Origin: Monocercomonoides exilis PA203
Taxonomy: Eukaryota > Protista > Preaxostyla
Length of the DNA stretch: 64,000 bases
Assembly (NCBI GenBank): GCA_001643675.2
Contig: LSRY02000013.1
Location: 310,001 to 374,000, forward strand
Reading direction: 5' to 3'
The translations under genes were made by a program, and so were the position numbers. Position 1 is the stretch's first letter; each line of letters opens with the position of its first letter. This document shows, one piece after another, positions 1 through 9,050 of this stretch. Below the pieces are notes generated by a model. The model was not told the DNA's origin, ran no database searches, and was given only the letters and a program-made list of their open reading frames with translations.

Positions 1-878
1 TGAACAGTTCGCTTCCGCATTTGGCAGCATTTGGAGAGCTTTGAGAAAAAGAAGGCTCAGAGACAACAAATTCGACATCTTGATGATCGAACTCAAGAAA
101 CAATCCTCCTCCAAAACCCCCTTTCTTTTCGACAGATGCTTCACAGCCTGTGAATGCGCAGTTTGTGATCTCCAGATGATTGCTCATTCCAATGCAGCAG
201 CACACGCCTCCCCCGCATGCTTCGTCACTTTTTATTTTGCATTCTTCAAATGTGCATTTCTCAAGACATTCGTGGCAAGGCGATGCAACTTCTGGCTTGT
301 GCATGCTAATGGCACCGCCCTTGCCCAATGAGCAAGTCACCCCCTTGAATGTGCAATTAGACACATTCACATTTGCAGTGCAATCAGAAATCTTCACTAC
401 TGATCCGTCTCTGATTTGAGAGTTTTCAATTATCGAGTTGTTCAACATGAAAGATTCGCATGCATCTGTGACAGATATGGCATCCAGTGTGGATGTGCCA
501 TCAAAAGAGGTCGAGAGCATAATGAGTTGATTTATCGACACCCGTCCTCCTCTTGCAGAAAGAAACGAAATGTTTGTCGATTGCTGTTTGATTGCAATCT
601 CGCACCCTTTGACACTCAGCGAAGAAGACATGCACACAATCAGTGCCTCTTTGAGGCCAATGCTCTTTGGCAGTGCAAAAGTGAAGTTTGTTAGCGCAGA
701 CTTTGAGACCATTTCAATCATCCCTGCTTGTTCACCGCTGAAATTGCAATCGTCCAAACCAATCGTCACTTTGCCAACTCTTGACATTATTGTCCATTCG
801 AAAGCATCAAGAAGCAATTCAGATCTGAGGGAAAAGGGGGAATGAAGCTCAACAAAACGGTTGCTGTCTTTGAACCAA
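1..878 (-). CDS. 3' continuation of the large Cys-rich surface protein gene that starts at 8209 (split by the DIRS element); runs off the window start
   Basis: Hand translation of the minus strand from 877 downward gives a stop-free frame to position 2 (WFKDSNRFVELHSPF...GKGGAISM...CGGGV...KGGFGGGLFL...NAAKCGSELF), with the GGA/GGG repeats typical of this family. It is in frame with 5513..8209 once 876-5516 is collapsed on CAA. Confidence 0.88.
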
Positions 879-984
879 TCAAAGCACATATGTACTTTGA
901 TTTTAAAGAAAACATTTTCTCACTTCCTTCTCTTTATTTATGAGAGCATCACTTTATGGGTCAGTCACGATCACTGATCTGAAA
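876..984 (+). repeat. DIRS left terminus (unique extension plus left ITR)
   Basis: tctcacttccttctctttatttatgagagcatcactttatggg...cactgatctgaaa is the near-exact reverse complement of 5432-5497. Bases 876-946 are the exact reverse complement of 5144-5214. Confidence 0.93.
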
Positions 985-1866
985 AAATTAATGTTATCAA
1001 ATTCCACCTTAGGAGTTGGACTTGCGGCCGAACCTAACTCAGCAACGCTGACAGGTGGTCCAACAAGTAGTTTCCCTTCCTTTTCGGAAACTTTTCCCTC
1101 TCCATCATCTATTCCCTCTCTTCCATCGTCTTCTCAAGTTGCACAAGAAGTAAAAGAAGATTCAATCGACTCCGACTCGCCAGAAGACCAGGGAATTAAC
1201 CTAGAGAATTCCTTCTTTGATATTTTTGGAAGATCACCAGAAATCTCCCTATATGACATGCCTCTTCCAGAGAATGAGATCACAGAAATTGTTTCTGCCT
1301 TAAAGCGCGAAGATCTATCTCCATTTTTGCCGAACGCTCCACCGCCGTTTTCAAGAACAACAAGCCCGTACAAGGACGCCTTGGATAGAGCGGGAGAAAG
1401 AGCTGAGACATTTTTATACCCAATGATGAAACTATTGCTATCTTCTCATGCAATGACTTCCGATGAAGATCCAATCCGAAAAATGATTGCGGATGCTTGT
1501 CTCCTACTTGAAAAAGCGTTAAAGGAGGCAAGACATGTACGTATACAAGCAAGATTTGGGTTTACAGAGGCTGCAAAGATGAAGGACGAATTTTCTTCGA
1601 CGCTCCTCACAAAAAGACAAGCAGAACTTCTCGAAGAATCAAAGAAACAAGAAATAAAAGAGCAGTTTCACACATTAAGAAATATCCATATCTCGCCGAG
1701 CTACTACATCAGCAAAAGGAAATACTCGAAACCATTAACGTCTAACGGGTCAAATAAACAGTTTTTTCGTTCGGAGCCCCGGACGTTTGCCAGAAAGAGA
1801 GACCCGATTTTTTACAACAGCAGAAGCCTCTCCAGGCAACGATCCAGGGGACAGACTCAAAATTAA
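940..1866 (+). CDS. DIRS ORF1, gag-like protein
   Basis: 308-aa ORF just inside the left ITR and upstream of RT, with a helical core and basic C-terminus. Assigned by position; the true start may be a later ATG. Confidence 0.7.
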   Translation: MRASLYGSVTITDLKKLMLSNSTLGVGLAAEPNSATLTGGPTSSFPSFSETFPSPSSIPSLPSSSQVAQEVKEDSIDSDSPEDQGINLENSFFDIFGRSPEISLYDMPLPENEITEIVSALKREDLSPFLPNAPPPFSRTTSPYKDALDRAGERAETFLYPMMKLLLSSHAMTSDEDPIRKMIADACLLLEKALKEARHVRIQARFGFTEAAKMKDEFSSTLLTKRQAELLEESKKQEIKEQFHTLRNIHISPSYYISKRKYSKPLTSNGSNKQFFRSEPRTFARKRDPIFYNSRSLSRQRSRGQTQN

Positions 1867-4800
1867 CTATGGATGCGCACACTGTTGGGGGCAGAACTGC
1901 AGAGCATTGGAAAGAATAGTCAAAAATCGATGGAGCAAAACTAGTGCGAAGAGGCGCATTTGCAATTTGGAAGAGCAAACAAGCGCGGAAAAAACTATCC
2001 AACCAAAACATCAACAGGACCAATCCTCACCAATCAAAAGAAGCGCGGGATGCAATGAGCAAACTGATACAGGAGCAATTAAAGAACAAAATTATCCAAC
2101 CGATCCAACGGGAGAAAGTCAAGAATTTAAATCCAGTATTTGTTATAAAAAAGAAGACCGGAGGATGGAGACAGATAATCGATTGCAGGGCACTGAACAA
2201 AGCCGTCAAATCTATCCACTTCAAATTGGAAGATTTCAGAACATTGGAAAGAATCATAGAACAGCAGGATTATGCGGTAACAATCGATCTGCACCAAGCT
2301 TACTATCTTGTAAAGGTAAATCACGAGCTTTCACCATATCTTTCATTCGAATTCAACGGAAATTGCTATCGTTTCAACGGAATGCCTTTTGGCTTCAAAG
2401 ACGCCCCAAGGCTTTTTACAAAAATAATGAGAAAAGTTGTCATGTTTATTCGACAAAAATTCAAAATCAAGATCATTGCTTACCTCGACGACGTGATTCT
2501 TCTCCACAAAAATCCAGAATTTCTTCGACACACAGCACAGAAAGTCGTCCGTCTTTTCAACAAGTTAGGGCTTCTAATAAACGAAGAAAAAAGCCAATTA
2601 AGTCCCTCTCAGACATTCTCGTACCTCGGCTTTATGTGGGACACAAAAAACTTCACGGTACGACTGCAAGAAGAAAAGGCGAAGGAATTAATCTCGGAGT
2701 GTCGCAAATGGGAAAAAAGAGCAATTCGCATAAGTCAGATTCGGGTAAGAGATTTGGCTGCCTTTGTCGGAAAACTCAATTCGACAAGATTCGTTTACAA
2801 GGAGGCATCACTTCTCCTCACACAGATGTATCGAGTGCTCAACAGGAGTGTTCAACAAACCGGATGGTCGGGGAGGACGAGAATAACTCCATCAATAATG
2901 AACAGTCTTCAGCAATGGATATCGAGACTGAAACGGAACCAGCCGAGGTTCCTTTGCCCTCTATTCCAGCCCGAAGCAACCTTGACAACAGACGCGTCTG
3001 GAAGATCCATGGGAGCTTGCCTTTGTTTGGGAAATACAACGCTCGACTATCATCATTCTCTCCCTCCTTGGCAAACAAAACAAAGTTCAAACTTTCGAGA
3101 GTTGTGGGCAATTTGGAAAGCACTAAGCAATTTTCTTCCAACATTAAAAGCAAGGAACATAACAAAACTGCTTATCAGATCGGACAATTCAACATCCATA
3201 TTCAACATCAACCGATGGAATGCCGGATCGAACCTGAGATCTTTAATAAGGAGGATCTGGAGGTTAACAAACGAAAACCAAATTCAAGTGAAAGCGCAAC
3301 ACATCCCAGGAATAAGAAACACAAGAGCGGATTCCCTGTCAAGGCTGGAAAGAGGAGGCGATTACGCAATCAAACCGGAAGCATTTCAAGTACTGAAGAG
3401 GATGACGAATCTGAATTTCACTCTCGATGCGTTTGCAACAAGATACAATCAAAAGGTGAAACGCTGGTGCGGTCCAGGAAGCCCTGTGTGCGAAGACGGG
3501 CTTCAACATCCATGGGAAGGAGAAACAGTTCTAGCCCATCCTCCAATCCCTCTGATTGTACCAGTTCTTATGAAAGCAATGAAAGAGAAAGCGCGTGTAT
3601 TGCTCCTCATGCCAGACTGGAAAGGACAGATCTGGGAGCCAGTATTAAACAGAATGAGGACATTCGAATGGACATGGAGGAACCAGGCGGATCTGATGAA
3701 GCCGGGGCTTTGGATGAAACGAACAGAAGCCAACCTTCTGCCAGAAAAAATGAGAGTTGCTCTCCTCAACCCGTAACAATATCTTGTAAAGAATGGTTCA
3801 AAACTGTCCTCGAAGGAAAATGTTTCTCAAACAATGTTATGGAAATTTGTAAATCCAGTCTAGCACAAACAACGTGGGAGGGGTACATGTCGGGTCTGTC
3901 AAATTTTGGATCGGAATGGGCTCAACGTGGATATGGCCCACCCTCGGATGAGTGGAGTGATTGGGTTGGAAAATGCTCCGATATATTCATCACTCTTCGC
4001 GATAGGGGAATGAAGGTGTCATCACTATGCCAAACGAGATCTGCAGTGTCTATGCTAACTCAACTATTATTTGACAGATGTTTGGGTGAATTTCCGCTCA
4101 TTAAAATGTTGTTTCGCTCGTTTAAAAGAGCAGAAAGGAGAAAGAAAAAAGATATGCCGCAGATTTGGAATCCAAAGATCATGTTGGACTATATCATATC
4201 GCTTGGAGAAAATTCAAAGCTTCAATTGTTACAATTAACCAAGAAAACAATCTGCTTGTGTATGCTTTTTTCCGCATGCAGGTTCACTGAGCTTGAAAGA
4301 ATTGACCTCGGACATTCGTCGATTAGAAAAGATTCAATTGCCTTGGACACCTCGTTAAAAACAACCCTCGGAAGAACAGACATTATCATTCCCTTCTTGA
4401 TCGACTCCCCATTAATTTGTCCAGCATCAGCTGTCAGAGAGTTGTGGGAGAGACTAAATACAACACAAGCCAACCCAGTCCATTTATTTGTTGGAAAAGA
4501 CCAAATGAACGCCTTATCAGCAAGGTCATTGAGAAAACTTGCAAAAGATTTCCTAATTGAAGCAGGAGTTCCAGAACACTTTGGCCCTTATTCATTAAAG
4601 CATGCTTCCATTTCCGCACTAACAATGGCTGGTGTTCCTGTGGCACAAATTGCAAGATTCGCCAGACTATCTCCTAAGAGTGACACGATCTCAAGACACC
4701 ACTTTCGTTCCGACGTAACAATGACGTGTGCAAAAACAATTGCATGTCAAACAAATACAACACCACTGGAACATAGCCTAGTGCAACACGAAACCTTAAC

Positions 4801-5092
4801 GCAAACAGCAGCAGTAGGCACATCCCAGAAGCAGGAAATTATTTTTGACGACACGTCAGATTGCAACACCACCAGCGAATCATCTTCAGAAAGCGATAAC
4901 TGTGAAGATGAGATTGATCAAAACGACAAAGACGTTCAAACTCCAGTTCTGCGCGAAAGGAAAAAGTCTCACCCGGAAGGTTACAGTTCGTCAGCTGAGG
5001 CTGTCCAAGAAAAGACGATTCAACTGTCTGTGCGCACAAGGTACCAGTGCAAAAAGGAACTACTGGAAAAATTGCTTAATGATGATGAATAA
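1787..5092 (+). CDS. DIRS tyrosine recombinase ORF (YR domain about 3780-4750; long 5' part overlaps RT in another frame)
   Basis: SACRFTEL (catalytic R box), SLKT, CPASA, LFV, GPYSLKHASIS (HxxR box variant), ISRHHF (Tyr box variant). First in-frame ATG at 2165. Confidence 0.88.
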   Translation: MPERETRFFTTAEASPGNDPGDRLKINYGCAHCWGQNCRALERIVKNRWSKTSAKRRICNLEEQTSAEKTIQPKHQQDQSSPIKRSAGCNEQTDTGAIKEQNYPTDPTGESQEFKSSICYKKEDRRMETDNRLQGTEQSRQIYPLQIGRFQNIGKNHRTAGLCGNNRSAPSLLSCKGKSRAFTISFIRIQRKLLSFQRNAFWLQRRPKAFYKNNEKSCHVYSTKIQNQDHCLPRRRDSSPQKSRISSTHSTESRPSFQQVRASNKRRKKPIKSLSDILVPRLYVGHKKLHGTTARRKGEGINLGVSQMGKKSNSHKSDSGKRFGCLCRKTQFDKIRLQGGITSPHTDVSSAQQECSTNRMVGEDENNSINNEQSSAMDIETETEPAEVPLPSIPARSNLDNRRVWKIHGSLPLFGKYNARLSSFSPSLANKTKFKLSRVVGNLESTKQFSSNIKSKEHNKTAYQIGQFNIHIQHQPMECRIEPEIFNKEDLEVNKRKPNSSESATHPRNKKHKSGFPVKAGKRRRLRNQTGSISSTEEDDESEFHSRCVCNKIQSKGETLVRSRKPCVRRRASTSMGRRNSSSPSSNPSDCTSSYESNERESACIAPHARLERTDLGASIKQNEDIRMDMEEPGGSDEAGALDETNRSQPSARKNESCSPQPVTISCKEWFKTVLEGKCFSNNVMEICKSSLAQTTWEGYMSGLSNFGSEWAQRGYGPPSDEWSDWVGKCSDIFITLRDRGMKVSSLCQTRSAVSMLTQLLFDRCLGEFPLIKMLFRSFKRAERRKKKDMPQIWNPKIMLDYIISLGENSKLQLLQLTKKTICLCMLFSACRFTELERIDLGHSSIRKDSIALDTSLKTTLGRTDIIIPFLIDSPLICPASAVRELWERLNTTQANPVHLFVGKDQMNALSARSLRKLAKDFLIEAGVPEHFGPYSLKHASISALTMAGVPVAQIARFARLSPKSDTISRHHFRSDVTMTCAKTIACQTNTTPLEHSLVQHETLTQTAAVGTSQKQEIIFDDTSDCNTTSESSSESDNCEDEIDQNDKDVQTPVLRERKKSHPEGYSSSAEAVQEKTIQLSVRTRYQCKKELLEKLLNDDE
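1869..3776 (+). CDS. DIRS reverse transcriptase-RNase H-N6-adenine methyltransferase-like polyprotein (in-frame TAG at 1917-1919)
   Basis: RT: VFVIKKKTGGWRQIIDCRALN, IDLHQAY, MPFG..APRLF, YLDD, YLG. RNase H: TTDAS, SSNFREL, SDN, HIPG..N..ADSLSR. MT-like: LDAFAT..N...DGL..PW......HPPI. ATG at 1869 gives MDAHTVGGR..EHWKE* before the listed 1944 ORF. Confidence 0.92.
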
Positions 5093-5143
5093 TGAGATTA
5101 TTTATTTGAAAATAATCTCATGAAACGCCCAATTATGTGTATT

Positions 5144-5247
5144 CTCTCATAAATAAAGAGAAGGAAGTGAGAAAATGTTTTCTTTAAAATCAAAGTACAT
5201 ATGTGCTTTGATTGAAAAAGAAAATATATATCTCACTTCCTTCTCTT
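5144..5247. repeat. DIRS internal complementary region (ICR)
   Basis: 5144-5214 = revcomp of 876-946. 5212-5247 = revcomp of about 5480-5516 (1 mismatch). The two halves share TTG at 5212-5214. Confidence 0.93.
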
Positions 5248-5431
5248 TTTTCCCACCTCGTTGCACTCCCACCCCTCAAGAATACATATTTAAACACTTT
5301 TTCATCTCCTTTTCTTTAGGTGCGCTTGTCTAATGCACCAAAGTTTGATAATAAACAAAACATATCAAAAATTATTCTTATAAGTTTCCTTGAACATTTT
5401 TGATTCACACGATGATATTTAACTTTTTCCA

Positions 5432-5516
5432 TTTCAGATCAGTGGGGTGACTAACCCATAAAGTGATGCTCTCATAAATAAAGAGAAGGAAGTGAGATAC
5501 ATATTTTCTTTTTCAA
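5432..5516 (-). repeat. DIRS right terminus (right ITR plus unique extension)
   Basis: Inverted copy of 918-984 followed by tacatattttctttttCAA. Confidence 0.93.
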
Positions 5517-8209
5517 AGAGAGGCTGCAGACATAATTGATGAGCATGGGACCTCAGAATACCCGCACCTGCTGAAATCTGCACTTTTCTCTCCACCAACA
5601 TGTGCAAATACAGACATGTTATCCCACAGATAGACCACAAGAGGGATGGACAATGTTTCTCCAGCTGTTGATCTCTCATATCCAGCATATCCATCAAGAT
5701 CATTGCGTCCTGGCCCAAACTCAAGGGTTGTGGTATTTATCAATTTGTCCAGCTGCCAGGCATCGACAAATAGATTGTTTCCCTGATCGGCCATGCACCC
5801 TTCAAACGCCAGCTGCTTCAAAAGAAAGTTGTCTGCATCTTTGTCAAGCTTTATGAGCAATCCTCCTCCACAGCTTGGACTCACCGAAGAACCTATGGCC
5901 TGGCAGTTGTTCATCTTGGCTGTTGCTCCTATGTCAGATGCATTTCCTATTGAAAACGATGATCCACGTTCCATGTGTATCTGCATCCCACCCCCGTTTC
6001 CTCTGAGGCACAAGCAATCTGCAAAAGAAACATTTGACAAGCAAAACTCATTTCCATCCAAAAGTTGTGCTTCAAATATTGCGCCATTTCCGCTTTGTCG
6101 AGTGATTGTGTTGAAAGTCACATCGCTCATTTTCAGATAATTTGGAGAGGAAAACGATATCAGTTGCTTTTCGTTGCTGAAAGTTGTGAAGCAAACAGAA
6201 GCAAGTTCTGCCAGACCTCCATTAACAATCATCAAAGGAGTTGAAAAAGTCGTTGCTGGGGATGCTTCTCCCTTTATTGTTGAAAAGTGTATTGTCACTC
6301 GCCCACTCCCACTCATCATCAAGACAGATGATTGTGGATTCGAATTCGAAGAAGTGTGCACCACAGTGAAATATGAAACAGACAATATGCCAGATGATAC
6401 TGAAAACAGTGCTTTTCCATCCCAAACTGCATTGGAAGTCAGTGTCGACTCTTCGAATTCACAGCCTCTCAAACTCACATTCATTTCATCAACAGGGATC
6501 GATCCGTGGATGTATGATCCTTCTGAAATCACTAACGGCTGTGAACGGACCCTTTTGCTAATTCCCTTTTCGATTGTTTTGCAGGGCAAGCCTCCGAACC
6601 CACATTCACTTCGAGAATCGTTGCCAAACACAGATGAAACGAACACAACTGGGATGGTTGATTGAGGGCGTCCAAGCCAGTCGCTGTGATCAATGGAATT
6701 AATTGTCACTCGAATCGGGCAATCACTCAGGGAGTAACTGTGAACAAACGATTCATTTATCACTTTAGAATTATAATAGGAAGAATCTGTCGAGACATCA
6801 CAACCATAAGATGTGTTTCCTATTGTGTTTTTTTCAAAAAAACAAAAATGAATCATTGCCGTTATACCTGGAATGCTTTCGCGTAACCACACAAAGCTCA
6901 TGGCTCCAAGAGCCGAGAAAGAGTTACATGAAACTGTATGACATTCAGAAATACATGTTCTATGAGTGGAGAAGCAAATGCCTATTCCTGCTGTGTGATG
7001 CGTTGCGGCACAATTCTTAATAGTGTTCATTTTGATTAATTGTGCTCCATTTTCATTTCCAAAAAAAAAGGCAGAGTAATATTGTGCATCACATTTATCA
7101 AAAAAGCAAGAAGTTATCATTTTTTGTGTTGATGTCTCAGCGTCCAATCCACCGACCGCAAAGCCAGAGGAACAATTTGTATAATTGCATTTGTGTGAAT
7201 AGTGAACTCCAGCGCCTTTGTGGCTCACGGCTGCTCCATACACATTGCTTGCATCATTTGATGCATTTATCATTTCGAACAAACAACATGAAGCGTTCAA
7301 AGTGGCATTTCCACCGATGTTCAATGCCAAGCCCATGCGATTTGAATCACTTATGTTTGAAAAATGGACTGAATAGGCTATGACATCTCCTGAAGAATAG
7401 CTGTTGATGGAGCCGTTTGTCGGGGAGTGAGTATCAGAAGAGTGAGAGAACGAAGTGTTCATCATCGTCATCAGATTCTGTGTTGGTGTGACAACAACTC
7501 CATATTGGGCGTTGGGGCATGAATATAATTTTGAGTTCTGGATTAGGCACGAATTCCAAATTGATGGGGTAGCATGTGATGTGAAGCGATGAGGAAGGGA
7601 GGGCGAGTGAGAAATGTTTGAAAAGCTGCATCCGTCAGCAACAAAAAGTGTGACATGCCCAGTTGCCAAAAATGAGGAAACATGAACATTTGTCAATGAA
7701 TTGAAAGTGCAATCTTTGCATTGCAGCATGAACAACGAGCTTTCTTCACAATTCATTGTTAGAGGATGTTGAATAACATGTGTGTGTGATGCTATTGAGA
7801 AATTGAATAACTCCACGGAGCCTCCCCAGGATGACACTTGTGAAGATATGTGGTCATTATTTGATCGCGCTCTGCAACTATGCAAACGCAAGTTGGATGT
7901 GAGTCTTAATATGAAAGTGGAAGAAAATGAATTCTGACAGAAAGATGCGTCATTGATGATGAGCGATGAATTTAACAGTGCAAATTGAGATTTCATGCAA
8001 CATTCAGACTTTCCGTGTGATTCTTGGATATTGATTGAATCTTGAAGAGACAGCAAATCAAAAATGTGTGAATTTTGATGACAACAGGAAGGCATTGGAC
8101 AAGATTTCGAAGATGAGAGGCATTCGACATTGGCAATAAGATTGAAAGAGAAAATGAAGTTGAAATAAACTGAAAACAAAGAAAATTTCATATTTCGTTT
8201 TTTGAACAT
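5513..8209 (-). CDS. Large secreted/surface Cys-rich repeat protein (putative beta-helix-like), 5' part; truncated by the DIRS insertion
   Basis: Hydrophobic N-terminus, CGFGGLPCKTI and CGYSEVPCSSI modules, and GNGGG/CGGG repeats shared with the 45216 gene. The stop at 5513-5515 lies inside the element end. Confidence 0.8.
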   Translation of the reverse strand: MFKKRNMKFSLFSVYFNFIFSFNLIANVECLSSSKSCPMPSCCHQNSHIFDLLSLQDSINIQESHGKSECCMKSQFALLNSSLIINDASFCQNSFSSTFILRLTSNLRLHSCRARSNNDHISSQVSSWGGSVELFNFSIASHTHVIQHPLTMNCEESSLFMLQCKDCTFNSLTNVHVSSFLATGHVTLFVADGCSFSNISHSPSLPHRFTSHATPSIWNSCLIQNSKLYSCPNAQYGVVVTPTQNLMTMMNTSFSHSSDTHSPTNGSINSYSSGDVIAYSVHFSNISDSNRMGLALNIGGNATLNASCCLFEMINASNDASNVYGAAVSHKGAGVHYSHKCNYTNCSSGFAVGGLDAETSTQKMITSCFFDKCDAQYYSAFFFGNENGAQLIKMNTIKNCAATHHTAGIGICFSTHRTCISECHTVSCNSFSALGAMSFVWLRESIPGITAMIHFCFFEKNTIGNTSYGCDVSTDSSYYNSKVINESFVHSYSLSDCPIRVTINSIDHSDWLGRPQSTIPVVFVSSVFGNDSRSECGFGGLPCKTIEKGISKRVRSQPLVISEGSYIHGSIPVDEMNVSLRGCEFEESTLTSNAVWDGKALFSVSSGILSVSYFTVVHTSSNSNPQSSVLMMSGSGRVTIHFSTIKGEASPATTFSTPLMIVNGGLAELASVCFTTFSNEKQLISFSSPNYLKMSDVTFNTITRQSGNGAIFEAQLLDGNEFCLSNVSFADCLCLRGNGGGMQIHMERGSSFSIGNASDIGATAKMNNCQAIGSSVSPSCGGGLLIKLDKDADNFLLKQLAFEGCMADQGNNLFVDAWQLDKLINTTTLEFGPGRNDLDGYAGYERSTAGETLSIPLVVYLWDNMSVFAHVGGEKSADFSRCGYSEVPCSSIMSAASL

Positions 8210-8350
8210 AAGAACATAATGATGTGATGGTTTGATCAGTTTTCATTATTGATCATTTTCAGATTTTCAAAAAACACAAAAGTTTTTTGTTTTTCGGATC
8301 TTATAAACAATGAAATGTTTCTAGAACATTTCCCAATGGGATAAACATAT

Positions 8351-8529
8351 GGGGCAATATTTTAGCAATCATAAAAAATAACTGAGATTTGTACCAAATT
8401 TTTTCTGCAATCATTTCGTTATAAATCAACAGTTACAATGCAAATAATTACGAAAAAATTCAAAAAATTTAGAATAATATTTGAAAGAATTGAATAAAAC
8501 AAAATTCATAAAGTGAAATATTTTGTCCC
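8351..8529. mobile_element. MITE (~179 bp), GGG...CCC ends, ATAT TSD
   Basis: atat|ggggcaatatttt ... aaatattttgtccc|atat; homologous in inverted orientation to 8675-8852. Confidence 0.65.
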
Positions 8530-8674
8530 ATATGACTGACCATTTTTGAAATCATATTTTCGAAAATGTTTCGATTAAGAAAATTGAATCAAAAGAAATT
8601 TTTGGAAATTGCTTTTAACACTAGTGAATTCTTCAATAAAAATGAATATTTGAAATAAAAAAAATAATTCATTT

Positions 8675-8852
8675 GGGACAAAATTTTTGGATTTATGAAT
8701 TTTGTTCCATTCTTCTCCGACAAATATTTTTCTCAGTTTTGGAATTATTCTGGATTTTTTTGATATAGGAATGCAAGATTTCTCATGATAAGGTTGTGGA
8801 AAAAGTTTGGTGCAAATCGTTGTTTTTTTCTTAAATGAAAAAATTTTGCCCC
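8675..8852. mobile_element. MITE (~178 bp), inverted sister of 8351-8529
   Basis: attt|gggacaaaatttt ... aaaattttgcccc|atat; shares internal gatttg(t/c)accaaa and aacaaaattcataaa with the neighbour copy. Confidence 0.6.
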
Positions 8853-8987
8853 ATATCAAATGTTTGCACCAAAAGTTATTCAACGTAGAAAAAGAATTAT
8901 TCAATATATTATAAGTTATATTCGAGATCGATTATTCAAAAACAATCAAAATTTTTCGAAAAAACAAAAAAATTCAGATTTACATCA

Positions 8988-9006
8988 GTTTTTTTTTTTT
9001 TTTTTT

Positions 9007-9048
<42 letters not shown>
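8988..9048. repeat. Poly-T tract
   Basis: ~60 nt of T interrupted only by 'ac'. Confidence 0.9.

Positions 9049-9050
<2 letters not shown>

Larger units (their letters stand above)
876..5516 (+). mobile_element. DIRS1-type tyrosine-recombinase retrotransposon, full length (~4.64 kb)
   Basis: gag-like ORF, RT/RNase H/methyltransferase-like ORF and YR ORF. Inverted terminal repeats (~918-984 vs ~5432-5497). Internal complementary region 5144-5247 = revcomp(left end)+revcomp(right end). CAA at both termini. Confidence 0.95.

Noticed and set aside
41-845. Four short + strand ORFs
   Set aside because: Antisense shadows of the stop-free minus-strand host gene.
3420-3620. Methyltransferase-like domain as a novel RT fusion
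   Set aside because: A C-terminal MT-like domain is an established DIRS1 feature; only the HPPI variant of NPP(Y/F) is noted.
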